Source: Schizochytrium sp. TIO01 (lineage: Eukaryota > Protista > Bigyra: Labyrinthulomycetes). Taken from it: 64,000 nt of DNA. Position 1 is the stretch's first letter. Each line of letters begins with the position of its first letter. Below are positions 47,531 through 59,649 of the stretch, piece after piece. Below the pieces are notes generated by a model that did not search any database, had not been told where the DNA came from, and saw only the letters and a program-made list of their open reading frames with translations. The position numbers and the translations under genes were made by a program. The DNA lies in the NCBI GenBank assembly GCA_004764695.1, contig SMSO01000037.1, positions 4,564,747 through 4,628,746 of the forward strand, in the 5' to 3' direction.

Positions 47531-48743
47531 GGAGGAGAAAGAGAGAGAAAAGCTGTACTGAGGGACCACAGGAGAGAAAAAAGAGAACCAAGCACTTTTG
47601 TCCTCTTTCGCTAAGAAGAAGATAAGGCGCCTTAGGGCTGGGAGGAAGGGCGGTGGGACGAAGTACGGTACCATGGGATGAAGGCGCGTGTCCTCGAAAC
47701 AAGAGGCGCGATGAGACGAAGAGAAGTTCGCAGCCGAAGCTGATTGATTAGTTCGGATCGCGTGGGCAGCACGGGGTGAGACGACAGACATGGCTGAGAC
47801 CACAGCTGAGGACACCGAGGCGTTCGGTCTGTGGACACTGAGTTTGCTTTTATTTCTTTGGTGCCAACGAAGGCTTCGATGCGCCGCTCGATTGAGTCGG
47901 CGGTCAGGCCTCGGAGCCGGCGATTTTATCGATTTTTGTTGATTTTCAATTCAGGAAATGAAATGCTGTTTTGATTATTCTTAAAATTAATTAATTAATT
48001 AGATACATGTATATACATGTATATACATGCATACATTCAATTATTTATTTAATTTAAAAAAAAATGTTAGAATTTGAAGGTTATAAAAAGGAAACGGGAA
48101 ATGAAAAGCTTTGAGGACTTTACATTATGTAATGTAGCATCGAACCGCTTTAATTGGTTTCTAATGCAGAGTACGCGGCTAGAAGAATGTGGTTCAAGAA
48201 GCCTCGCTGTTCGGAGCCCTTGGTCTTCTGGCAGGCCATCAAAGACGAGGAAGACGACGCTCTGAGCTCGTCTTTGAACTGTCTGTGCCGGCGGACCATC
48301 CGTTTGCTTGCTTGTCTGCAGAGGTGGTTCGTTCTTGGGCGTCATAATAGCAGGAATGCGGGCCATCAAATTGTCGCTATTTTATTATATCTATAAATCT
48401 ATAAATCTATATGTGTATATAGATTTATTAATTTATTATTATGTATTGATTTATGACATTGAGAGAACATTGCATTTGCAGGAATCGCAGGAGACGGATT
48501 TCCTGTCGAAACTCGACATGAAGAACAGCCAGGACACGTCGGAAGACCTCTGTACGCGAGCTCCGCCGCGAGATTCGTGACGTCTGCGTTCGCAGAAACG
48601 AGGGCGTGCGCCGCTTCGGGCTTCAAAAACGCTGGTTTCGCAAACGCAGAACGGAGGTACCAACTCGAGCGCGAAAGATGAAGATGTAGCTATCGTGCTG
48701 GTGGAGCCGGCTCTGCGAGTACTTTGCCGACTAGTTTTAAGGT

Positions 48744-48808
48744 TATGTGATGTTATTTATGTGATGTGATGTGATGTAATGCGATGCGATGCGATGCGAT
48801 GCAATGCG
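48744..48808. repeat. (TGTGA)n/(TGCGA)n pentanucleotide microsatellite
   Basis: Directly visible. Confidence 0.9.
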
Positions 48809-51800
48809 TGCGGTTCACTTGCATTCATGAAGTTTTCACTCTCGCACGCACTCACTCACTCACTCACTTATGCGCCGAGATTTCTAAGAACTTCAAGACC
48901 CATGCAGCGACAGAACATGCACGGAAGTGCAGCGAAAACCGCGACTGAGGTCCATTCTGCAAAGGCGCGAGTGCGACAATAAGAGAGGAAAAGTATGGTC
49001 TTGATGATTCTTGATTTCATCTCGCGAATTGATTTGACACGGTCACTGATTTTGATTCGTCGGCGGCTCGGGAGCTGGTCGGTGGTGCTATGTGCTCGAG
49101 TCTGGGACGACCATTTCGAGTGAGAGCTTGGGCCTATCTCGGCCGCGGAGAATACTCTGGCGGGAGCGCTGACGAGCTGAGCTTTCTGTGTTATGAATGT
49201 CATGAATGTTATGAATTTACCTATTGAGTGTAATATTTCTCCTTAAGCCGCATAATAAAATATTCTCATTTCAGTCTCCTTATTACGGGCTACCTGAGTG
49301 AGGCGGTACTCGCTTCCTAGCAACAATGGTACTACCGTAGAGCGCGGGCGATGGCAAATGCGGGGAAGGTTGGAGAAGCAAAGTTGGGAAGAATCTGTTG
49401 TTGCTCGAGTATGCTCTCTCGCCATGGGATGATAAACTCTCGCGTGGCGGACGAAGAGTTGATTCAGCAGATACCACGCAGAAATCGTCTTGGAAAATTC
49501 CGTTTCTTTACATGGAAAGAGGGAAGGAATGCGAGGAATGTGGGCAGCACTTCCCCCTACGAGATCCTGAGGAGAGAGTCGATCGAATGAGGAAGAGCTC
49601 TCGGGCAACGCAGGAATAAGGGAAGGGTATTCGAAATATTGCTAGAGCCTAAATTTATTCCGACAGTTGGTATCAAAAAACCTCAAAACAGATGCCAAAG
49701 TTTTCCGAAAGGACGATGAACGCAGAAGAAAATGTCGAAAAGCGCCAGCTCGCCAGTCTGTACAAAAGCGTTCTGTGCGAAGAACTCGCGAGGGGTTCAA
49801 GTCAGCTTCGAAATTTTATTTTATAACCCCAGGTACAAATTGATTTAGCTCAGACGTATAATTCTGGAGCATAGATTGTAATTCGTCAATTTGAGCACGC
49901 CAATGCCATAGCGTCCTCAACTTGGTTCTGCCCGAGTGGGGAGATTTTCGGCAGAACCCACCAGCAAAAGTACACGCCACAGGCTTCTCCAGTAGTGACC
50001 GCATGATCAAAATAAGTATTAGCAGCATCGTTTTGTTAAGGAACAGAAGAATATGCAAAGAAACTTAATACATAGCAAGCAGTGAGAGCCAGGCGTCCGT
50101 ACAAGGCTGGTGGCATTAATTTTGGCGAAAGAAAAACCCTAGAATCCCGGCACCTTGCAGTACAGCAAAAAACTGTACAGGACAGTCACATGGATGCGCC
50201 GATTAAATTTTCATCTATCGATCGCGAATTCACTCGCTAATAATGAGGCTTGCCTCATCTTGTTTGTACGTGTCTTTTCCCAGATCTTTCTTTACTTTTA
50301 TTCCTTTAAGCTGGAATAATAAAAAAGACGAAATGAGCTGCAGCAAAATAGTTAGTTATTAATTTATATATATTTAACATTCAAGCGCGTTGCTTGAGTT
50401 CAACAACCTGTTGATCTGTCGGTAGCTTTTTTGATCATCTATTCAAGATCGGCGCACGCTCCTTTCGTTTCTGCAAGTCTTGAGCAGTGTGGGAACTAGG
50501 CTCTCTCTCACCACACTAGCAGCTGGCACGCCTCCAAACTTTATAGCTGCTGTAAAGAATACGTGCTGCTGCGGGGACCACTCTCTCTACACCTCCTCTG
50601 CAAGGCTCCCCTGAGGCATATCCTGTAGTGTGGGGGCGGGTTAATGTATAGTTGCGTCCCTTGCTTACCTCCCCCTTAATAACCTAGCTAGAGTGCTAGA
50701 TGTCCCAGAACTCCTGGAACGCCGCAGAGGTGGCCTGCCTTTCTGTCTAATGCCGTCCGCACGAAGCCTTTAGGAAGGAAATGCGCGAGGGAATCTATTC
50801 TGTTCCCACTCTATTCAGAAAAGAAAAAGAAACAGAAAAAAGAAAAACTTTCAAAGCTGCTAATACTAAGCCGCTATTATGTACTTAGAATGGGCGATTC
50901 TAAGCGACTGCTTTTAGAATATTAAAAGAGAAAGAAAAAGAAAGCGCTTCGAAGCATTGCATTGCATTGATTGCATTGCAAACCTGTGCTGTCGAGAATC
51001 TTTAATCCGCTGGCCGCCACGCTCTGAAGGCTCCGGACGCGACCTGTAGGCAGGACTGGCGGTGGTTCTTCGGATGGAGACACGATGTTTCGAGCGAGCG
51101 ACTCAGTCGCCTGGTTGGGAAGTTTGTGATGTCTTGCTTGCTTCGAAAGAAGTTGAAGTTTTGATCCTGTGGTTTTGAGTGGTTCTCCTTTGGCGGCGAA
51201 TGAGGGCGAGAATTGAAGCGATAGGGCCTAGCGTTTACGGTAGATGCGGTGCAGCTAGAGGTCTGTCTCTCTGGTCGCGCTTTTTCGATTGAAGATGATT
51301 GCCAAAAGGCGAAGAAAAAAAATGAAATGGCGATGATTCTTAGACAGCAGACGAAGAAACCACCAACCAACCAACCATCCAGCCAAGAACAAAGTGCTGG
51401 ATGGCGAGTTGAGGCTGGGATGCCTGCCTGCTGCAGAGCGTGGAAGAGCGGGCTTCGGCCAGAAGGCCTGCTCTGGAGCTGAAGATACGTACTGCAATTT
51501 CACCAAGTTAAAACAAACTTGGAGGAGCAGCTTCGTGCCACGGGAGAGAAAAGAAAGTCATTGAAGATCACACCTCTCACTCACTCCCTCGGTTCTTTTT
51601 TAAAGTGAGAAGAAAGTGAAAAGCGAGTTTAATTTGTTATTTTATTTTCATTTTATTTTATGAATTTTTAATAATACTAAAAAGCGAAGGGAAAATGTGA
51701 AAAACAGTGGTTTCTGCAGCGAAGAAGGAGAAACAAACAAACAAACAAACAAACAAATAAATTAGCAACAAGGACAAAGAAAGTAGGTTAAGTCCGTCCT

Positions 51801-54800
51801 GGTGTTCCTACATTTGGTCGAAGACGTAAAGGTAAGATTTCTTCTTCTTCTTCTTCTGTGAAGTGACTCATGATGCAGCTCAAGTTCCATCTCGCAGAGT
51901 ATTTTCTCGCTTTGTATCTCCGACGAGCAGCAAGGCAGGACGAAACACCGAACTCTCTTTTATCAAGATCACTCACCTCACTTTCAGCGAGTTACATTTT
52001 TAAGACGAGGAAGAAGTATCAACTCGAGCCAACACTTTGGTTAATCTGTCAGTATTAAGATATCATATTTTACTTTTATGTTGAATTTTATGTTGAATTG
52101 TATTTTGTTTAAAACAAAAAAAAAATTAAATGAATAACAGCAATATTAATATGGCATTTATATGAAGGGAAGAGCAAGCTGAGGGTTAGAAGGAATTTCA
52201 GGGTCCCGAGATCACTGGTTGAAGAAGGAGTGGAGATTCCATATATTTTGGAGAAAGAATCATCCCGAGTGGTTCGGAGACTTGGAGCTTTACCAGTAAG
52301 GCCTATGTGCCGATGCAGCAAGATGCAAGCACAGGCTTTCTTTTACTTGCTTCCCTATTTTGTTCTTTGTTATTCCAAAGATTTTGGCACGCTATTCAAT
52401 CCTCTTCTTCTTCTTTTCATGTAAGTATAAATGATAATTAAAAATAATGCCATGAGTTTGTCATCGAAAAAAAGTCCTTTGAAAAAAATGTATATATATT
52501 TATTAAAATAAAATAAATAAATAAAAATATGTATAGTTCCTCTCCTCTCAAAATATGCTAAGTGGGAAAGTGTGAATGTTTTTACTCGCGCTAAAGATGA
52601 TTTTGTCGACAGCTAAGTTGATTCAACAGTGAATCAAATTTTGATTGATTGATTGATTGATTGACTGGGAAAAGGATTCCGATTGCTGATGAAAGTAAGT
52701 ACACGTAGTATAAATCTTATTGGTCCAAGCTGCTCGAGCAAAGCTGGGCCTACGAAGCATTAATTACTATCATTAGTAGCAGCAGCAGCAGGATGCGGCT
52801 AGTTTTAGGTGGCCACCGATCGGTCACATTCGCTACCAGATTCAAGCAAGCTACTTCTTACGATTCAGAATGGTGGCTTCTGCCTCGTTTGATTACAGAA
52901 TGTCATCAATTTGCATGTCGCCATAGTCCATGCGCAGTATCTCTGGGCAATGTTTGTTTTTGTTTGTTTGTTTGTTTGTTTGTTTGTTGCGAATTTGTTT
53001 ATGTAAAAGTGAGGCCTTTCGAAATGACTCTGCTTTTTGATGCGCGTGTTTTTGTGGCACAATGTATGTTAAATATATATATAGAGAGAGAGAGAGAGGG
53101 GAGAGGGAGAGTGCTACTTTGCTTTGTAGATAGATGTTTATCCGAAATGGGCCTTCGCGACAGTGTAGGCACTCGAAACTAGTCCCAGACATCCAGACGG
53201 TGTAAACTACCTGCCTCTTCAAGCAAGTTGGATACTTGCAAGCTGAGCTTACGGATACACGAAATAAGCATCATAGCGGTCCACTGCTGGCATTCCATTC
53301 GCTTATTTGGAGTAGTTTTGGAGTGGCTTTGTCTGATTGCGATTCAATCAATCGTTCATTCGCATGGTTAAAACTTGCAATTAAAACAAATCTTTACTTT
53401 TTAATTGTTAACTTCAAAGTAAAAGAAAAAGGAAGAAGATACTCATCGAACCGAAGAATAAGCAATAAGGATGCCTACATATTACAGACTAATCTATTTT
53501 CGAGAAATCCAAGAGCCTGCAAAGCGCTCCACTGAAAAGGCCCTTTCGAGCCATCACAGGTCGTGCATCCTTCATTCCCGAGTCGGGAAAGCATGCATTG
53601 TCATCTCCACGCATCGATCGCCTCTTCGAAGAGCTTTCCTCTGCGCTGGAGATGTATGTCTGTACGTCTGTTTGTATGATGTATGCCATTGCTGCCTTGC
53701 TTTCCATCCATACTCTCGAAATCGACGAATTAATGTAATCAAAAGGCGTCATTCGCTGACCTTGAAGAAGAAGTAAGTAAGTACCTGCAGCGATAGATTG
53801 CTTTTTTGCTGCGGCTTGAGTTTTCAGTAGCAAAATGCGTAGCACGCATAGGCGGAAATTGACATTTCCAGAGAGGGATTAGGCGAGAAACGGGCCGTGC
53901 GAGCGATGAAATAGGGCCTGCCTTTGGCGATCAGACATTGGGCGTGTACCGCCTAAATCGGCGGCGCTGACTGACTGGCCGCCCAACGCGAAGAGCGAGC
54001 TCTTAATCGGCTACCAATGCGAATGTTGCGAGAGGATTGATTTTGCAGAGCTTTATTTATTTATTTATTTTTATTTTTCTTGATAAAATAAAATAAATTA
54101 TTACAATTGCAGAAACAAATAAAGAAAAACATAAATAGCGAAGAACTTGAATTGAACGAAACAAGGTCGATGGATGCGATAGATCCATGCGGAGGCGATA
54201 CCGAGTGAGATGCACGTAACGCCCAGCAGATGCAGCCAGCTGAGGACCTGTTTTTGCCAGAAGCTGCGGCCTGAACACAATTACTTTGAGGCCGTTCAAG
54301 CTGGACTCTGTAGCTAGAGAATAGGTTACAAACATAGATTTCGCGCACTCGTCGTTCGCAGATTTAGCACGTACCTGCGCCTCTCTATAGGAGGGCTTAG
54401 CACGCGAATAGCTAGAAGAGGGAAACGCAGAGAAAGAAATGTAACGAGAGGCGAACAAGAACAGAAGAGAACATAATTGCTCTGCGTATGTATGTATGTA
54501 TGTATGTAATGTACTTTTTAATCCTCTCTTATGAGAGAGTCGAACGAACGAAAGAACGAATGGATGGATGGATGGATGGATGGATGGACTCGCGAGGGAG
54601 AATCGGCGGTAATGCAGGCAAGACAGCCAAGCACAGCACGTTTCGCCAGGTACTGTCTGGCTCCGGCTGGCTGGTTGGCAGGCTTGGCTGCATGCTGGCA
54701 CCGTGAAGATGATTGCGACGGATGGCTTGAATTTGCCAACGAATTGATGGATGCAGGAATCAACTTTTCAGGTCTCGCTCGCTTGTTTGAGAAAAAGACA

Positions 54801-54837
54801 GTTCGGGCGTTTCTTTTCTTCATTCCTTCGTCCCTTT

Positions 54838-54903
54838 GAGTGAGTGAGTTAGTGAGTGAGTTAGTGAGTTAGTGAGTTAGTGAGTTAGTTAATTGGTTAG
54901 TTA
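54838..54903. repeat. (GTGA/GTTA)n compound repeat, largely (GTGAGTTA)n
   Basis: Directly visible. Confidence 0.9.
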
Positions 54904-57900
54904 CAGCGTAGCAGAAGACTACATTCACTTCATACATCTCTGTAAGGTATAAATCGATATGGTACAAGAATCGAAGACCGCTTTCGTTTGGATGTCTTCA
55001 AGTTCAAGCTTATCTTCGCCCAAACTGTTGAGTGGAAGGATTGAGTTTGCTTCAAAGACTCTCTTCAAATTGGTCTCCATGACGGTCCTGAATATCTTTA
55101 ATATCTTGAAGAAGGAGCAGCTGCTTGGATAATCGTACATTTACTTATTCCTGGCCCCTGTGCAGCAAGCGAGTGATGCAAGCGAATGATGCAAGATAAA
55201 TCTTAAAGCTCAGGGACGACGGGTCGGCGAGTTGGTTGGCTTCAAGTTCGAACCCGAAAACCAGCAAAGACTTCAGCAATAATACATATATGCATTCATT
55301 TTAGCACGGGTAGGTACGGTCCAATCAGGGCTCGGAGCTCGCGCTTGCCGCGTGCTTTGCTCGAGGCTCTTCAAGGCCGCCCATCGCAGAGCCGCAGGTC
55401 CACTTGTCGATCGCCTCATGCCTTGGAAAGCAAGTAACGCCGCACTCGCTTACTTAATTGCTTAATTGTTTGCTTGCTTGCTTGTCTTCTGGGCCCATTT
55501 CTTCCTTCGGCGATGCGGAATTTCTGTACAAATTATGTATCTGCAAATTGAACTCGCATTTGCTGATTTATATCAATTTGGTTCATTTAATTCATTTGAT
55601 TCGTTCCTTCATTTCATTTCACCATTCCATCTCAATCCTTCTCAATCCTGCATTACAGAGGGTTTCCTTTATCAGCTTTCTTAGCGAAGACCTGTCATAC
55701 CCAGGCACGTGCTAGTACACGCTAGGCAACTCGTAGCGGTACTGTCTCTCTGCTTGAAGGGCAGGTACGTACGTACTTACCTTCTTACTTCACTGCGCGA
55801 TTCGGGCCGAGGGATCGTTCAGAAGATACGCAGAAGAGTCCACAAGCACGTCCAAGACGGGATCGAGGCTTGATTGACGCCTGGCAGGCAGCTGCAGTAG
55901 CACGAGGCCCTCGACCTCAGGCGACTCGAAGAAGTTTGATGGTCTCTTGGTTCTTAACTTTCTTGCTTTCCGATTCCCGCCACATCTGTGGCTGCCCTCA
56001 TTTGCCCCAAGCCAGGCGGCGGCAGTCCTATGTGCCTCTTATGCTTTTCAGTAGGACGGGATCTATCCCATCCATCGAGGAAGTACGGTACCTCCCTCCC
56101 TAAGAGGTCACTCTTTAAAATTTATTTTAGAGTTTATTTTCTATTCTATTCTATTCAATTCAATTCTATTCTAATTAATTTTTAATTAATTATAGAAACA
56201 GTTAAAGCAGAGAGAGTAGCTACCAGTGTCCTAAGGCTGGATAGGATAAACATCGCAGACAAAAGGATCAGAGTATCCCAAAAGGAGAGAACAAACTAAA
56301 TCGTGTGAGCCAATGATGGGTGATAAGAGCAGCAGGTTTTGCGGCCAGACGTCCGCTTCGTTCGTTCATTTGTTTATTTGCTTATTCACGAAGTAACGTA
56401 CCGCGGATGCATCCTCTCGATCCAGAAGGCGGCTTCTGTTCAAGATTTCTGCGGTGGAGCGGCTCGACGGAACGAGTTCTCCGACTGCTCGTGCGCCCGC
56501 CGCCCTTTTTGGCAGCAGGCGCCCTCCTATGCGAAACGCGTAAGAATCATTAGCAAGTGTTCCTATGTTCCTTAATGTGAAAGAGTGAAAACAATGGAAG
56601 GAACGAGAGCTCTTTTCGGCAAGAACGAAGGAATCATAAATGATGAATGATTGAATCAAGAGTGAAGAATGAATGAGTGAATGAATGAATGAATGGATGA
56701 TTCAAGAGTGAAGAGTGAATGAATAAATGGATGAATGTCGTACTAAAACTACACGTATGAATGGAAATGTAATGTCTCTGATTATGTCTTTGAGGTAAGA
56801 ACATTGGGAACGCACGGAACGTATGGAATTGGGGACACAAGCAAGCAGCGAAGGCTCTGTCGCAAATATCATCGCTGATTGAGGAGGTCTACGTATGAGA
56901 TGAGAGGACGAAAGAAGAGGCCCGGAACGCGAAGGTTTCTCCTTGGGTAACAGCTGTTGCCATTCTGCGAAAGTGGCGAGCGAAGGAGATAAGCCTCGGG
57001 AGTTACAGCTTTTGGCGATTCCGTTTCAGGCCCTTTCCCTCTTTCCTTCGGCTGCCAAAAGAAAAGACGATGAAAAATTTGCGTTTGAGAACACGGGATC
57101 AAAGAACGAGAGAACGGGGCTTAGACGTAAAGGATAGGTACCCTACTGTTAATCAATATGAGGGGGCGCTCGCTGCGATTTCCATGTGGAGAATAAATCG
57201 ATCATGATACCTTCTACCTAATTGAAATGAAGAGCGTCTCTTGGATCCTTCGAGGAGCCCTTAGACATTTCATATTGGACGCGAAGGAGACCCGCATGCA
57301 ATAAGACGGGTTTGTGCCTTGATAACAACATTGGCCAAACGCACAGAGTTCAAGGTCTTCACTTGGCTTTGTGGATCTTGATTTCCGCAGAAGCAGTAGG
57401 TACGAGTACTCTTGTTTGACTCTTTTCTTCCTTTTTAAAGCCTTGAGACAGCCTTAGTTAGTTTGTTAGAAAGATGAATGACTAAAACAACTAATGAGAT
57501 GAGCACAAAAAGAAAGACAGCAGGAGGTCCTATGAGTTATTTATGAGAGCAGCAGCTGCAAGGCTGTCGACCTTTAAGACCCAGTTAATTTTATAATAAA
57601 GTCGCGCGAGAGGTTGACGACGGTTCTGTTTGTAGCCAAATAGCTCCGGCAGTCGAAAACAAATGCGGCGACGGTGGTAGCTACTTAGCTACCTGCGCAT
57701 ATAGTTAGCGCAAGAGAGTGGCGCTCGAACGAGAGTCTGAACAGACAGAACTCCAAAAGTTTCCATTCACGAATTTCCAAAATGCTCTGTCTCAGAAAAG
57801 TGAAAGAGTGAATGCCATTCTGTACTCTATTACCCTCCTTCTTTTCTTTTCAAAAAGCGGTTCATAAGCCTTATGTGCTTACGACCTTCTACTGTTCTCC

Positions 57901-58696
57901 TAGCATCATTCTATTCTTGCTTTTTTAATATTATTATTATAATTAAAAAATTATTAAAAAAAATTAAACAAATGAATAATAATTATGATGAGATGGCCGC
58001 TATACCTAATTTAGTATATCTTAGCTTCTATAAATTAAAAAGATCGTGTAACCTTGTCACGGAGATGTGCAATGATTTTCATACGTCATTATATATAATA
58101 TATATATTCTTTTTTTAAAGGAGGAAGAAAACGAAAATATCTGCAACAAGAGATGAAAGAGTTCCACGAAGTTTATATATAACAATATGAAATTTGAGCA
58201 CGCGCAGGAGATATCCATCCGAGCGAGCGAGCAAGCGATCTTTGCGGGCTTCGCGTGGTTTCGACCAGAGCGTGGCATCTTCTGGCAAAGCTTTTATTGA
58301 TAATAGGTAACCGCTTGGGCGAAGCGCCGTTCAATATGCCCCTGGCCGCAGCAGTGGTGGAGTTCGCTCTATAGCTGGGCGCCGAGATCTAGCTTCGCCT
58401 GTGAGACATTTCAGGTCCCACCGTGGCAAGTATATGTATGCAGAGTGGACACCTGCCAGTGATCCCGCGTCTATTCACTTTTACTTTTACATTGTCCACA
58501 GAAGACATTTTTTCTAATCGTAATATAAAAATACTAAAACATTTTTATTTATTTATTTTCTTCAGAAATATAGTTTATAGATGAAAACGACAGTTCCTAT
58601 CAAAAGAAGAGGTCTAGAGAAAGGATCTCATTCGTTTCTCGGCTCTCATCTAAAGACAGCATTGTCCTGGGTAGGAGGAGATTGGGGAGTTCTTTT

Positions 58697-58728
<32 letters not shown>

Positions 58729-59589
58729 TTTAAATTATTCATTTATGTTTAGGGTTCTATGCATGGAGACGTTTTTACTCTCCCTCTTTTCAAGTGACTG
58801 TCTTTTAATACATAAAATTGTAAAGATAGAATTGAGATCTTAACATCCCTTTCTTTGCTACATCATGATTCAAAGGGAAAGGAAAAATACCTTTCGAAGC
58901 CATCGAAGGTAATTCCGGGACCCCGCAATGACAGTCTTCAATTTAATTTATAATTAAAACTAAACTTTAAACTAAATTTAAAACAGACAGAATTAAAAAA
59001 TGTAACCAACCTCGTGAAACATGAAGATGCCGTGTAATAATTGAACGAGGCATGCGCAGGCGCGTGTAAGCTAGGCTCCTGGAATCGCTCGCGCGGAGCC
59101 TCGCATCCCAGGCACATGCAGGGCGGCCGCGGCGTGGCTCTTTCTGGAGCACGAAGAGAGAACGTCACCGGGAGCTCTCGCCTCCTCAGTCTGTCAATTC
59201 GTGAATACATAGGTAGCGAAGGAGCGAGCTTCCTCATCGAGCGAGCGAGCGAACTTTGCTTTTGCTCCCGGCACATGTAGGAACTTGGCGCAGTGGTAGC
59301 AGTAAGCGCTAAGTGGGGCTAGGAGCGAGCAAAGAGGCAGTCCTTTGCAAAAGAAAAAGAAATAAATTCCTCTTCTTTATTCTTCTTTTTCCTTTTCTGC
59401 TCTTTTCTTTCTTCTTTCAGGAGGACAAAGATCGAGGGGGCCCCTTTGTTACGCTATGAAAGAAAGTTAAACTGGTCGTGGATGGGATAAAGAAGAGGGC
59501 GCCATCTAGGCTTTATAATAGGAGTGATAAGTAGTTAATCGATGGCGTGGAAAAAGTGAACTTGGACTTGAAGTGGATGAACTTATTTA

Positions 59590-59602
59590 TTAACTAATTA
59601 AT

Positions 59603-59649
<47 letters not shown>
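59590..59649. repeat. (TAAC)n microsatellite
   Basis: Directly visible. Confidence 0.95.

Noticed and set aside
46972-47815. 207-aa and 138-aa hydrophobic minus-strand ORFs
   Set aside because: The hydrophobicity comes from the (GAAAA)n purine tract.
26358-50733. CGCAGAGGTGG occurring three times (26358, 46694, 50723)
   Set aside because: Some 11-mer occurring three times in ~56 kb is about what chance predicts, and the flanks do not extend.
54838-54903. Interstitial telomere-like repeat
   Set aside because: The unit is GTGAGTTA/GTTA without GGG runs; treated as an ordinary compound microsatellite.
55225-55265. GTTCGAACCC resembling a tRNA T-loop
   Set aside because: No T-stem, acceptor stem or D-arm can be built around it.
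58318-58399. tRNA-sized segment closed by GGCGAAGC/GCTTCGCC
   Set aside because: The interior does not form a cloverleaf and lacks correctly placed A and B boxes.
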